From assembly GCA_965230975.1 (NCBI GenBank), contig OZ246402.1, forward strand, positions 992,859-1,056,858: a stretch of DNA of 64,000 nucleotides, written 5' to 3'. Position numbers and translations under genes: made by a program. Of this stretch, positions 27,877 to 37,902 are shown in pieces. Below the pieces are notes generated by a model, which saw only the letters and a list, made by a program, of their open reading frames with translations, did not search any database and had not been told where the DNA came from. Positions within the stretch are counted from its first letter, which is position 1, and every line of letters begins with the position of its first letter. Origin of the DNA: an uncultured Candidatus Saccharibacteria bacterium. GTDB lineage: Bacteria > Patescibacteriota > Dojkabacteria > J137.

Positions 27877-30531
27877 TTATCTTTCAGGTACTTTAATTCG
27901 TATAGTTACAGAATTGGTAAACAAGCTACCTACCTTAAACCCAACTGATGAAGTCTTAATATTATTTCCACCTGTAGAAAGCCAAGAGGTATCACTATCA
28001 TATGGCAAACCATTTCTATCTAACTTCTGTCCAAAAAGTTGATGTAGAATATCAAAGTCTCCTTCAAGCTCCAGGTTAAACCCTATAGATATATTAGTAC
28101 CTCCCTTTATACTATTCTCAGTAATTTTATCTGCCAAAAGCCTAATTGTATTTTCGGAAATTCTCTTATCGATTAATGGAGAACCAGAAACAGCATTAAC
28201 AACAAATCCTTCTGGGGTGCCTGTAGGGTTCTCGTTTACTTTAAGTATAAATACATTCTCGCTTTTCTTTATCTCATTAGTTGAATTTGCAACAACTGGA
28301 TTAGGGTATGGTTCTAATAATCTTGGTGATGACTGATCAGTTTCACCAGGTTTAGATGTATCACCATTGAACATATTCACCTGAAGTGGCCAATAAAATT
28401 TGTAGCCATTTTCAGCATCAATACTTAATGAACCAATAGGTATTGAGTATTTGATTATAGGTAGAGGGCCAATTAAACCCTTTCTTACAATTGAATACTC
28501 TCCACTTGACGGATCTTGCTGTATCTCCCCATAAAATTTATCAATTATAGCTCTTATTAATGTTGGTTGAAGATAGATAATATTGTCTACACTACCACCA
28601 CTTTGCTTAAACACTGCTTTAATTGAAGGCTGATCTGGAACTCCTCCTGTCCTACCACTAGTAATATTACCTAACGTTTTATATGCTCCTGCTGCAAGAT
28701 TACCTAATGCTACACCTGCCGCACTATCATTTTGTGCAGCTCGTTGGGCATAACCTTCTGCCTGACTAACTCGTTTGCCTAAAGTTCTACTCCAACCACT
28801 CCTAAATGATCTCGCTTCTGCAGGGTCCCTACCTCGCATCCTATCTACTACATCCAAGCCTTTAAAAAGAGTTCTACCTGTAAAACCTGCCGGGGAAGTT
28901 ACAACACGTCCTGCAGTAGTAGCAGTTTTTGCAAATGCTGCAGGTACTGTGTACCTCATACCTATAGCACTATCCTTCAAAGCATCTATTGGAGCTTTAA
29001 TAAATCCAAGATTTGCTTCTTTAACACCTAATGATTTATCAATATTATCTAAAATTGATGGGATAGAGAAAAATACACCAACACCCATTACCCCAAACAT
29101 AAAACTGGTTAAAGATTCAGAACCACTAACAGGCAAAGATTCAAAAATAGACTTCAAGCCTAAAATTGGCGGAATAAAAATACCTCTAGAAAAAGCAGGT
29201 AACTGATCTGCAAACACATTACTTGTAAACACCAAAGTAATTAAAAACAAAGCATAAGTAACAATAAAATGTAGCGAAGCAGACCCCATAGATTTTGCAA
29301 AATTTGTAATAGCATTCATACCATTACCTGGAACCGCAACACTAGCGAAAATAAATGGAGATGCAATTGGAGTTAAAATTAAAGTTAAATACTTTTTTAA
29401 TAACCTCCAAGCAATACGCCCACTAACCCAAATCATTAAAATCAATAAAATAGCATTAATAATTTCTCCAAACCAATAAGCAGGAGTTTTATTTGAACCA
29501 GTCAAAAGGTCAAGAAACTGCTTAATCAAATATGTCAAAAAAAAGCTATTTACACCTTGACCTGCTATTTCGGTATTTGCAACACCTTCAACTTCATCTG
29601 TAACATCTATAATCGAATTAAAGTTGTACCACTCCAAACGACTATCATCTATATATAAACCTCTATCGCATGGGTCATCTGTAGTACCACTACCTGTAGT
29701 ATCTCCTGTAGCGTTGGTTACAACTAAATTATTATTACAAGTATTGTCATCTCTACCTTCATAAACTCCCCTAGCAGGGGCACCCGGAGCAAAAAAGAAA
29801 GCGTGCACAGTATTTGCGCCAATTCCTATTAAATCTATAAAAACTCCGGAAATAGCATAACTTAAAGGAACTAAAATCATAGCCATAGCAATACTCGGAA
29901 TAGCATTTTGAATAGTAACCATCTCTTTACCACCAATCTTTTGCCTAAACACAATAGCAAAAGCAATGCCAATAATGATTAATATTAAAAATGCATAAAC
30001 AACATTTACAGACCAACCCCAAAAAGCTTGAATAGGTTCTAACAATTGATACCCTGTACCACCTGCAAAATATGGAGCTGGTTCTGCAGCATTGACTTTA
30101 CCGGTTAAAGCATAAACTTTATCTTGTACATAATCTAATGTACTTGCTGGCCTTTGGTTTAAAATAAAATTATTAACCGAACCTAAAGTATCTAAAACAT
30201 TCACATCTCCTTTTAGTTTATCTACATTAACAATACCTGCCTTTTCTGCCTGTTGAACAGCACACAATCTGTTGGTTAAATTGCTACCACCAATTGGAAC
30301 TTGAGCTGCGCCAATTAATGAGAATATAAAACCAGAACCCATATCTGCATTACAACCATCTGTTCTTAAAACAGAGGCTTGTTCTGCGGGAACTATTTGA
30401 AAAAGGGAGTTGTCAAAAGATGTACCAAAAGTAGAAGAATCTGCTAAAACTTTAATAGGTAGCAAAGAAAAGGCCAAAAAGCCTATAACACCTAATACCT
30501 TCAATCTTTTGAATTTGCTAGACAAAGACAT
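27877..30531 (-). CDS. polytopic membrane protein (signal peptide plus at least 8 TM) with ~380-aa C-terminal soluble domain; VirB6/TrbL/TcpH-like architecture (tentative)
   Basis: 884 aa. An N-terminal signal-like segment and about 100 aa of ectodomain precede several hydrophobic helices over aa ~170-500, then a large hydrophilic C-terminal domain. I could not identify a family-specific motif. Confidence 0.35.
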   Translation of the reverse strand: MSLSSKFKRLKVLGVIGFLAFSLLPIKVLADSSTFGTSFDNSLFQIVPAEQASVLRTDGCNADMGSGFIFSLIGAAQVPIGGSNLTNRLCAVQQAEKAGIVNVDKLKGDVNVLDTLGSVNNFILNQRPASTLDYVQDKVYALTGKVNAAEPAPYFAGGTGYQLLEPIQAFWGWSVNVVYAFLILIIIGIAFAIVFRQKIGGKEMVTIQNAIPSIAMAMILVPLSYAISGVFIDLIGIGANTVHAFFFAPGAPARGVYEGRDDNTCNNNLVVTNATGDTTGSGTTDDPCDRGLYIDDSRLEWYNFNSIIDVTDEVEGVANTEIAGQGVNSFFLTYLIKQFLDLLTGSNKTPAYWFGEIINAILLILMIWVSGRIAWRLLKKYLTLILTPIASPFIFASVAVPGNGMNAITNFAKSMGSASLHFIVTYALFLITLVFTSNVFADQLPAFSRGIFIPPILGLKSIFESLPVSGSESLTSFMFGVMGVGVFFSIPSILDNIDKSLGVKEANLGFIKAPIDALKDSAIGMRYTVPAAFAKTATTAGRVVTSPAGFTGRTLFKGLDVVDRMRGRDPAEARSFRSGWSRTLGKRVSQAEGYAQRAAQNDSAAGVALGNLAAGAYKTLGNITSGRTGGVPDQPSIKAVFKQSGGSVDNIIYLQPTLIRAIIDKFYGEIQQDPSSGEYSIVRKGLIGPLPIIKYSIPIGSLSIDAENGYKFYWPLQVNMFNGDTSKPGETDQSSPRLLEPYPNPVVANSTNEIKKSENVFILKVNENPTGTPEGFVVNAVSGSPLIDKRISENTIRLLADKITENSIKGGTNISIGFNLELEGDFDILHQLFGQKLDRNGLPYDSDTSWLSTGGNNIKTSSVGFKVGSLFTNSVTIRIKVPER

Positions 30532-30565
30532 ACATCAGTATATATCATTAAAAAACTGACTTCAA

Positions 30566-31183
30566 TTGTTACACACAATTAAAATGAAAATTTATACAAA
30601 AACTGGAGATAAAGGAGAAACAGGAATTATTGGCTCTAGAGTTTTAAAAAATTCTGCTGTAATTCATTCAATTGGAAATATAGATGAACTTAATTCATTA
30701 TTAGGTTTGATTTTAAGCAAAGCTTCTCAAGAAAATAAGCACGCAGAAAGTTCAAAAACGTGGGTTAATACTATTAATAAAGTTCAAAATGCATTATTCG
30801 ATTTAGGTGCTATTTTAGCTAAAGGCAAATCTGATCAAGATTTTGTAAATCTTACTTTAATACTTGAAGAGGAAATTGACTTAATGCAAAAAGACTTAAA
30901 ACCACTACTAAATTTCATATTACCTGGTGGGTCTGAAATATCTAGCTATATTCACTTGGCTAGAAGTACTTGCAGAAGAGCAGAGAGGTTTTTAGTAGAA
31001 ACAATAACTGAACAGTCTAATCGAAAATCTGAAGATAGAGAACAGTTGTTTGAAGCGCTAAGTTTTATAAATCGGTTATCGGATTACTTATTTGTTCTTG
31101 CAAGATACATTAATAATGAGCTAGGATATGAAGATATTATTTGGGGCAAAAATAGATCCATCAAGCAAAATGCCCAAAACTAA
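30566..31183 (+). CDS. ATP:cob(I)alamin adenosyltransferase, PduO-type
   Basis: KIYTKTGDKGETGIIGSRVLKNSAVIHSIGNIDELNSLLG matches the PduO/MMAB N-terminal signature. The true start is probably the internal Met at about 30584. Confidence 0.8.
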   Translation: MLHTIKMKIYTKTGDKGETGIIGSRVLKNSAVIHSIGNIDELNSLLGLILSKASQENKHAESSKTWVNTINKVQNALFDLGAILAKGKSDQDFVNLTLILEEEIDLMQKDLKPLLNFILPGGSEISSYIHLARSTCRRAERFLVETITEQSNRKSEDREQLFEALSFINRLSDYLFVLARYINNELGYEDIIWGKNRSIKQNAQN

Positions 31184-31197
31184 AACCTAATAAATAT

Positions 31198-33705
31198 ATG
31201 AAAGAAGAAGAATTTACAGGACTAACCCAAGAAGAAGTCAGCAAAAAAAAGAGCCTTGGATTATCTAACGACGTAATAGACACTTACACTCCATCAAATA
31301 TAAAAATACTTTTTCGAAATATTTTTAATTTAATAAATATAATCTTAATTCCTTTAATGATAGTGCTTTGGATATTCGAATTAAGAACAGAGGTGCTTGC
31401 ATTTAGTACATTTGCAATAATCAACACAATAGTTTCAATACTAGATGAACTTAGAGCAAAAAAACAACTAGATAAACTAAAGTCAGAATTTCAGCAAACA
31501 GCAACTATTATACGAGAAGGTAAAAAAGAGACTTTGCCACTTTCGGACATAGTAGAAGGTGACATTATTTTTGCTAAAGAGGGGGAGGGTATAGTTGCAG
31601 ATGGAGAACTTTTAAATGCTTATTACCTGCAATTGGACGAATCTGCGTTAACAGGTGAATCAAACTATGTTCAAAGAGAAAAGTCAGAGCAAGTCAGAAG
31701 TGGAAGTTATGTAGTTACTGGTAATTGCGTATATAGAGCAGATAAAATTGGTAAAAATAACTACTTAAACAAGCTGGGTGCAGAGGCTTTGAAATACTCA
31801 GAAAAGAAAAGCTCTATTCAGGCAGATGGAGACAAACTAATATTTATGTTAATAGTATCTTGCATTGGACTTGCAGTGGCCAACTTTCTTTTAGCAGACC
31901 CCAGTTTTAGTGCAGAGGCTAAAGTTTTAAGCTTAACAACAATTGTGGTTTTAATAATTCCACAAACCTTAATTTTCTTATTCACCTTAACTTTCACAAT
32001 ATCTATAACCAAACTTTTTCAAAAGGGAGTTTTAATTCAAAAAGGTGGGAGTATAGAAGAACTTTCCAAAATTGAAGCTATATGTTTTGATAAAACAGGA
32101 ACAATAACCACAAATAACATGTTTCTTAAAGATATTAAGTATTGGAATACCACTAAAGAGGAGTTCGGATCACTATATAACTCAATTCAAGACAAAATAG
32201 TTAGTGTAAACAAAACTCAGTCTATATTAAATAAGTTTTTTTCAGATTGTCCGACACTTGAAGTGTCCGAATTTGACCAAGTGCCATTTACCTCAAAAAA
32301 TAAATTTAGCTTGGTTAAAGGAGTAGTAAACAAAAAAGAATTCACACTCAAATTCGGTGCGATTAGCGTTTTAGAGGAGAGTATAGATAAATCCATTTTT
32401 AAAGAGATTTCTAGTTTTATTGCAGAATGTGAGGAATCTGGAGATAGAGTTTTGGTTGGTTTACAATTTGAAAATAATAAAAGTATATCTAAAAAAGTAA
32501 TAGTTCTTAGAATAGAAGAGGAGCTAAATCAAGGTATTAAAGATATATTTAACAGATTAAAAGAACAAGGAATTGCAATTAAAATTATTTCAGGAGATAG
32601 TCTTTTATCTGTGCAAAAAATACTTAAGAAATTACAGATAGAAGATGCCAAAGCAGTAGACTTATCTACTGTGTCAGAAGAAGATTTAGATAAAGTAATT
32701 TTAGAAAACAATATATTCACAAGAGCTAAACCAGAAGATAAATTAAGAATTATAAAAACTTTAAAGTCTAATGGTATAAAAATTGCTATGGTTGGAGATG
32801 GAATAAATGATGTTCTGGCACTAAAAGGAGCAGATGTTGCAATCGCTATGGAGCATGGTTCAAAAATTGCACGAGAAGTTTCGGACATAGTTTTGTTAAA
32901 TAATGATTATTCAAAAATTCCTGATATATTTTTTGAAGGTGAAAACATTGTTTACAATCTTAAGCTATCTACAAAGCTTTTTTTAATAAAATCATTTTTT
33001 ACAATGTTTATTGCGTTATTTTTTACTTTACAAAGAGGTTTAATTCCAATAAATCCTCCGTCTGTATTAATCTTTAGCTTTTTAGGTACTAGCGCCCCAA
33101 GCTATGTAATAGTGTTTACAAGACAATTAGTAAAAAATAAAACTGCATTTTTTACAGATGTTATAAAAGGCACTTTGCCCGATGCAATTGTATTTGCTGT
33201 ATTCTTTGTAATGTTTTATTTTTTTACAAAAGATTCTTACAATTATACTCAAGTCAACTCTGGTTTAATTATTTTAATATTATCCTTAAGCATAATTTAT
33301 TCTTTAATACTGGTATGGGAATCTAAAAAACTTCAAAATATTGCTTTATCAATATTTTTATATGTAATTTTGTTAGTTGTTGGTATATATCAAACACTTT
33401 TGCCATTAAGCAATTACACCAGTGATACTCCAAGATTATTAGCTGCATTAGCTGGAGTTTTAGTGGGTAGCGTATTAATATTCACTTTATTAAGCAAGAC
33501 TATTAAAAAATATTCACTTAAATGGGTTTTATTAAAACTGCTGGTTTCTGTAATTTGGATACCATTAATTTGGGTATTTCCATTTCAAAGTTATTACCAG
33601 GTTACAAATTTACCAAACCCATTTTTTGGACTTATTGGGATATTCTCTTTGTTTGGATTTATTATTATGATTATTATTAGCAAATTATTTCACTCAAAAA
33701 ACTAG
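31198..33705 (+). CDS. P-type cation-transporting ATPase
   Basis: TGES actuator motif, CFDKTGTIT phosphorylation site, MVGDGINDVLALKGADVAIAM hinge, and about 10 TM helices. 835 aa. Confidence 0.9.
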   Translation: MKEEEFTGLTQEEVSKKKSLGLSNDVIDTYTPSNIKILFRNIFNLINIILIPLMIVLWIFELRTEVLAFSTFAIINTIVSILDELRAKKQLDKLKSEFQQTATIIREGKKETLPLSDIVEGDIIFAKEGEGIVADGELLNAYYLQLDESALTGESNYVQREKSEQVRSGSYVVTGNCVYRADKIGKNNYLNKLGAEALKYSEKKSSIQADGDKLIFMLIVSCIGLAVANFLLADPSFSAEAKVLSLTTIVVLIIPQTLIFLFTLTFTISITKLFQKGVLIQKGGSIEELSKIEAICFDKTGTITTNNMFLKDIKYWNTTKEEFGSLYNSIQDKIVSVNKTQSILNKFFSDCPTLEVSEFDQVPFTSKNKFSLVKGVVNKKEFTLKFGAISVLEESIDKSIFKEISSFIAECEESGDRVLVGLQFENNKSISKKVIVLRIEEELNQGIKDIFNRLKEQGIAIKIISGDSLLSVQKILKKLQIEDAKAVDLSTVSEEDLDKVILENNIFTRAKPEDKLRIIKTLKSNGIKIAMVGDGINDVLALKGADVAIAMEHGSKIAREVSDIVLLNNDYSKIPDIFFEGENIVYNLKLSTKLFLIKSFFTMFIALFFTLQRGLIPINPPSVLIFSFLGTSAPSYVIVFTRQLVKNKTAFFTDVIKGTLPDAIVFAVFFVMFYFFTKDSYNYTQVNSGLIILILSLSIIYSLILVWESKKLQNIALSIFLYVILLVVGIYQTLLPLSNYTSDTPRLLAALAGVLVGSVLIFTLLSKTIKKYSLKWVLLKLLVSVIWIPLIWVFPFQSYYQVTNLPNPFFGLIGIFSLFGFIIMIIISKLFHSKN

Positions 33706-33706
33706 T

Positions 33707-34339
33707 ATGGCTCAAATCTTAATATTGCTTACAGATTTTGTAATAAATCTTGTTTCTAGTCTTGGTTATTTTGGAATATTTTTGGCAATGACAATTGAGT
33801 CTGCAAGTATTCCTTTACCTTCAGAAATAATAATGGGTATTGCAGGATATTTAGTTTATAAAGGTGAAATGAACCTATTGTTAGCTGCATTTGTTGGAGC
33901 CATTGGAAATATAACTGGGTCTACAATTATGTATTTTTTAGGGTCAATGGGTGGCAGACCTGTTATAAAAAAGTATGGCAAATATATACATTTTTCAGAA
34001 GAGAAGTTTGAAAAGGTAGATGCATGGTTTGCAAAGTGGGGAGATAAAATTGTGTTTATTTCCCAATTACTACCTGTAGTTAGAACATTTGTTTCCCTAC
34101 CTGCAGGTATTCTAAAAACCAACTTCCCTAAATTTATTTTATATACATTTACAGGAGCTTTTATTTGGTGCTTTGCTTTAGCTTGGTTTTCTTCTTTATT
34201 AGGGCCAGAATGGGAAAAGATATCTGACTATATTCATGAATTTGAGATTGTAATATTTATTTTGTTCATTTTAGCTTTAGCCTATATAATATTTAAAAGG
34301 CTATACAGATTAAGAAAAAAAAGTCTGGAACAAAATTAA
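33707..34339 (+). CDS. DedA family (VTT-domain) membrane protein
   Basis: GYFGIFLAMTIESASIPLPSEIIMGIAGYL and the overall 210-aa topology are typical of the DedA/SNARE-associated family. Confidence 0.7.
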   Translation: MAQILILLTDFVINLVSSLGYFGIFLAMTIESASIPLPSEIIMGIAGYLVYKGEMNLLLAAFVGAIGNITGSTIMYFLGSMGGRPVIKKYGKYIHFSEEKFEKVDAWFAKWGDKIVFISQLLPVVRTFVSLPAGILKTNFPKFILYTFTGAFIWCFALAWFSSLLGPEWEKISDYIHEFEIVIFILFILALAYIIFKRLYRLRKKSLEQN

Positions 34340-34356
34340 AATATTAAATTCAAGTA

Positions 34357-35304
34357 ATGCTTTCTAAAAATCTCCTGGGCAAATTAACTATAATTCTTCA
34401 GGGATTTGTTATGGGTATTGCAGAAATTATTCCCGGTGTTAGTGGGTCTACTTTGGCCCTTACAATGGGTATTTACGATGACCTTATCAACTTCTTAAAT
34501 CAAATTTCAGATCTTATAAAAGTTTTTATTAAATTAATATTTAAAAAGGCATCTTTGCGAAATTTAAAAAGTGCATTTACTGAAATCGATTTTAAATTTG
34601 GTATATTTTTATCTTTCGGTGGTGTTTTAGCAGTAATTTTGCTTTCTAATGTTTTAGAAGATTTAGTAGAAAGTAATAAGCAATATGTTTATGCTTTCTT
34701 TTTTGGGTTGATTATTAGTTCTCTGTACATACCTTTTAAAGAAATTAAGGTTAAAAACTTTAAAACTTTCTCAATATTTATTGTGACTTTTATATTAAGT
34801 TTTTTGATTTTAGGGATACAGCCTGCTCAAGATGTTGTTCAGCCTTCGGCTTTGTTTATGTTTGTTGCTGCGCTGATTGCTGTTTGTGGAATGGTTTTAC
34901 CTGGAGTTAGTGGTTCTTTTATTTTGTTATTGCTAGGGCTTTATCAATATATTTTAAGCTGTATAAAAGCATTAACCAGGCTTTCTATTCAGTCAAATGA
35001 TTTACTAAATATTGTTATTTTTGCAATTGGTTTAGTTTTAGGTTTTAGTGTTTTCGTAAAATTTCTTAAAATTGCATTCACTAAAGCATCTGATTATGTT
35101 CTTAGTTTTCTTTTGGGTCTAATGCTTTCTTCTACAAGAGTTTTGTGGCCATTTATTGAAAAAGTTAATGGAGAATATTTGCCAAAAAATCCTTGGGAAA
35201 TGCAGCTAAATGAGCTAACCATCATAGTTATAATCATTGCGATTTCTATCTTTGCGGTGTTTTTAATTAGTAGAATGAATGTGAAAGAGATTGAAAATAT
35301 TTGA
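34357..35304 (+). CDS. DUF368 family membrane protein (two-repeat, PGxSGS motifs)
   Basis: IIPGVSGSTLALTMGIY and VLPGVSGSFILLLLGLY: the duplicated signature of DUF368. Confidence 0.7.
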   Translation: MLSKNLLGKLTIILQGFVMGIAEIIPGVSGSTLALTMGIYDDLINFLNQISDLIKVFIKLIFKKASLRNLKSAFTEIDFKFGIFLSFGGVLAVILLSNVLEDLVESNKQYVYAFFFGLIISSLYIPFKEIKVKNFKTFSIFIVTFILSFLILGIQPAQDVVQPSALFMFVAALIAVCGMVLPGVSGSFILLLLGLYQYILSCIKALTRLSIQSNDLLNIVIFAIGLVLGFSVFVKFLKIAFTKASDYVLSFLLGLMLSSTRVLWPFIEKVNGEYLPKNPWEMQLNELTIIVIIIAISIFAVFLISRMNVKEIENI

Positions 35305-35427
35305 TTAATTGCATTACCCAATAAATTTACTTAATATAGTGTTATACAAGACTAATTTGAGTAAGATAACATTTGTTGACGCTAAGAATTAGCCGGTATA
35401 TAATCTATATATATTATAAAATAATCC

Positions 35428-36759
35428 ATGAATCCGCAGAGACAGATGCTTGACGGAAATATCAATAGAGAAATATTAACATCACCTATAATTGTAGATA
35501 TATATTCTGCTTTAGTTTTTGTACTGAATGATAAAGTTGAACAAGATAAAATAGCTTCAGCTTTAGTTAATTTTTTCAGTAGCAATGAAATGTACAGAGT
35601 TGCAATGCAAAATCCCACAGCCTTTTTACCCTATAATATAATGGATGTAGATGCTTTGAAAACCTATCCTAACATTGACTCATTACTAACTCATGTTTTT
35701 GATTTTATAGGAATTAAAGATCAGATTCCTCAATATCGTAGAATAATTTTAGATCAATTTTCTGTTCAATTATTACAAAGCTTCGATTTTGATAAATTAG
35801 AAAAAGAAGACATGGTTACGATATTTAAAAGCCTTGAATTTAGGTCAGCAATAACTCACCCAGAGCTATTCGAAAATGATCCTGACGGATCTATAATTAA
35901 GATAGTAATACCTTTAGGCGGGAAAGCCTATGATCATCTTAAAAAGAAGGAGGTAGCTAGAACCATAACTCTAGTAGTAAAACTCAAATCTTTAGAGACT
36001 GGATTTGACTTAATTTTACCAATTTTGGAAAAATATGCATCTTTGGTTCATAACGGATATAGCGTGGTCTTTAATCAAAGGCAGAATATCCAATATTATG
36101 AAGACGAAGCACCCACTCATGAACTGTTTAAGTCAGTTAGATTAAAAGCAAATAATTATTTATCCACATCGGGGTTAACAGCACCGGAACTTCTATCTTT
36201 TATACAATCGCAGTTTAGGACGACTTCTGAAGCAGGGCCATTATTATCAGAATGGGCAGTTACACTAAGAACCCGACTTGATAGTATCGCTTGGCTTGTA
36301 CAAAACCTTACTACAATCTATAAAAATCCAAATTATATAGAAACGGGTACAGAAACAATTCAAGCATTAGAAAATTTACTAAAAAACGAGTCTGCAAAAA
36401 AGTATATTGATCTGACAAAAAGATATTGGATTCGAAGTATTTATGGTAAAAAACTAGAAGGTCCCCATGAGATACTACAAAAAAATGGACTTCCTGCGTT
36501 AATTAATACATTAGAAGCTTTACACAGCTCTTTGAATGAAATATACAAACTAATGGTTTTAACAAGTCATGGAACGGAAGTTAAAATTACCAAGGAATTA
36601 GTATCCATAGTTGTACTTGAGCAATTTAAAGGAACAAATGCGGAAACCCCTAATATGTTTTTTCTTGTTAAATCTATTTTAAGAGATACATTAAGAGAAA
36701 GTGAACCAGAATTTATTGTATACGGTCCAACTGGTGAAATATTTGACAACATAATTTGA
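35428..36759 (+). CDS. hypothetical protein
   Basis: 443-aa ORF with coding-like composition and no recognisable motif. Confidence 0.3.
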   Translation: MNPQRQMLDGNINREILTSPIIVDIYSALVFVLNDKVEQDKIASALVNFFSSNEMYRVAMQNPTAFLPYNIMDVDALKTYPNIDSLLTHVFDFIGIKDQIPQYRRIILDQFSVQLLQSFDFDKLEKEDMVTIFKSLEFRSAITHPELFENDPDGSIIKIVIPLGGKAYDHLKKKEVARTITLVVKLKSLETGFDLILPILEKYASLVHNGYSVVFNQRQNIQYYEDEAPTHELFKSVRLKANNYLSTSGLTAPELLSFIQSQFRTTSEAGPLLSEWAVTLRTRLDSIAWLVQNLTTIYKNPNYIETGTETIQALENLLKNESAKKYIDLTKRYWIRSIYGKKLEGPHEILQKNGLPALINTLEALHSSLNEIYKLMVLTSHGTEVKITKELVSIVVLEQFKGTNAETPNMFFLVKSILRDTLRESEPEFIVYGPTGEIFDNII

Positions 36760-36994
36760 CCAACTTGTATGCATATTTCCACTACACTTTTCGTTGATAT
36801 CTTAATAGTACTTACCACCTTTTGGTTTCAAACAAGATTGTACTTGCGGCATCTTAGGTATTACTTTCTTTTGTTTGGATTATTGGGCTTGGGCTATTTC
36901 TTTTACAAAGACTTCCCAAAATTGACACAAAACTTTATCTTTAATATAATCCTATAGCCCTTTAAAAGCGTTGACTGAGATGAGAAATACTATT

Positions 36995-37203
36995 TTGATT
37001 TAGAGAGATGGCGGTTGGTGCAAGCCATTATCAAAAAGTACTTCAGCTACTCACGAGCTGGCAGCGAAAGCTGTCCCGTAAATCTTACGTTACAAGATAA
37101 ATAAGCCCCGACATGTCGGGGGAATTAAGGTGGTACCACGAGCTTTGAATTTAAGCCGTCCTTAGTATTAAACATAAATGTTTAGTGCAAGGGCGGTTTT
37201 TTA
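36995..37203 (+). promoter_or_regulatory. T-box riboswitch-like leader with intrinsic terminator
   Basis: gaattaaggtggtaccacgagc closely matches the T-box consensus AAUUAGGGUGGUACCGCG. It sits just 5' of a long imperfect hairpin (gccgtcctt...aagggcgg) followed by T6. An AGAGAG element lies at the base of a putative stem I. A GCU-A candidate specifier (cagctac) is present. Confidence 0.5.
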
Positions 37204-37233
37204 TTGCTAATTTTTATTTTTTAGTAAAGTAAT

Positions 37234-37848
37234 ATGAAGAGACTTTTTTTGTTCTCACATCCAATGATGAAGGACGAATTTGCAAAATATATCTTTCCAG
37301 ATGAACTAAAGGAGAAGAAATTTGCATATATGCCAACTAACGGACACGAAGGTTTTGATCAATATGTCCCAATGTGGCAAGAATATGTTAAAGAGAATGG
37401 GGCTGAATTTATATATATTGATAATACAAAAAGAGGAGAAGAAGCTAAAATTGAAGCGGAAAAAATATTAAGTTGTAATATCTTAATGTCTACTGGAGGA
37501 AATACCTTTCAGCTGTTACACAATCTAAGAGAATCAGGCTTATTTGAAACTATTAAGCAATTTGTTCAAAAAGATGAATTTATTTTTACTGGATTCAGCG
37601 CTGGTGCAATTATTATGACGCCCTCAATAGCAGTTGCAGGACAACCTGCAGGCACCGATCCGAATGATTTGATGGATGAAAACATTCCTGGTATAACCGA
37701 TTTAACAGCTTTAGGTTTAGTTAATTTTGAAGTTTATCCTCATTACAACGAAGCTACTGATAAAGGATATTTAGAAAACTATCAAAAACAAACAACTAAT
37801 GAAGTAAAGGCATTAGCAGACGAAGACTATATTTTAATTGATTTATAA
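37234..37848 (+). CDS. peptidase S51 family (dipeptidase E/cyanophycinase-like)
   Basis: GGNTFQLL and GFSAGAII (Ser nucleophile) motifs. 204 aa. Confidence 0.65.
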   Translation: MKRLFLFSHPMMKDEFAKYIFPDELKEKKFAYMPTNGHEGFDQYVPMWQEYVKENGAEFIYIDNTKRGEEAKIEAEKILSCNILMSTGGNTFQLLHNLRESGLFETIKQFVQKDEFIFTGFSAGAIIMTPSIAVAGQPAGTDPNDLMDENIPGITDLTALGLVNFEVYPHYNEATDKGYLENYQKQTTNEVKALADEDYILIDL

Positions 37849-37902
37849 TTTGAGAATATTCGTTCGTAGAACGAACTAAAATATTTAATTACACAAAACA
37901 TT

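Noticed and set aside
28775-29206. 143-aa plus-strand ORF antisense inside the 884-aa membrane protein gene. Similar internal or antisense ORFs occur at 3032-3268, 8493-8693, 11130-11384, 13140-13677, 23117-23323, 32529-32888, 33856-34122, 51788-52033 and 57294-57710.
   Set aside because: They are fully embedded in longer, motif-supported genes on the other strand. Their low-complexity translations are typical of shadow ORFs.
36769-36957. 62-aa ORF just upstream of the T-box leader.
   Set aside because: Hydrophobic low-complexity translation of AT-rich sequence with no RBS context. The region is better explained as promoter/leader.
36960-37233. The structured intergenic RNA interpreted as tmRNA, SRP RNA or RNase P RNA.
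   Set aside because: No tRNA-like 3' end or tag ORF (tmRNA). No AGGUCAGG...GGAAGCAGC SRP domain IV. Too short for RNase P. The ggtggtacc motif plus downstream terminator fits a T-box leader much better.
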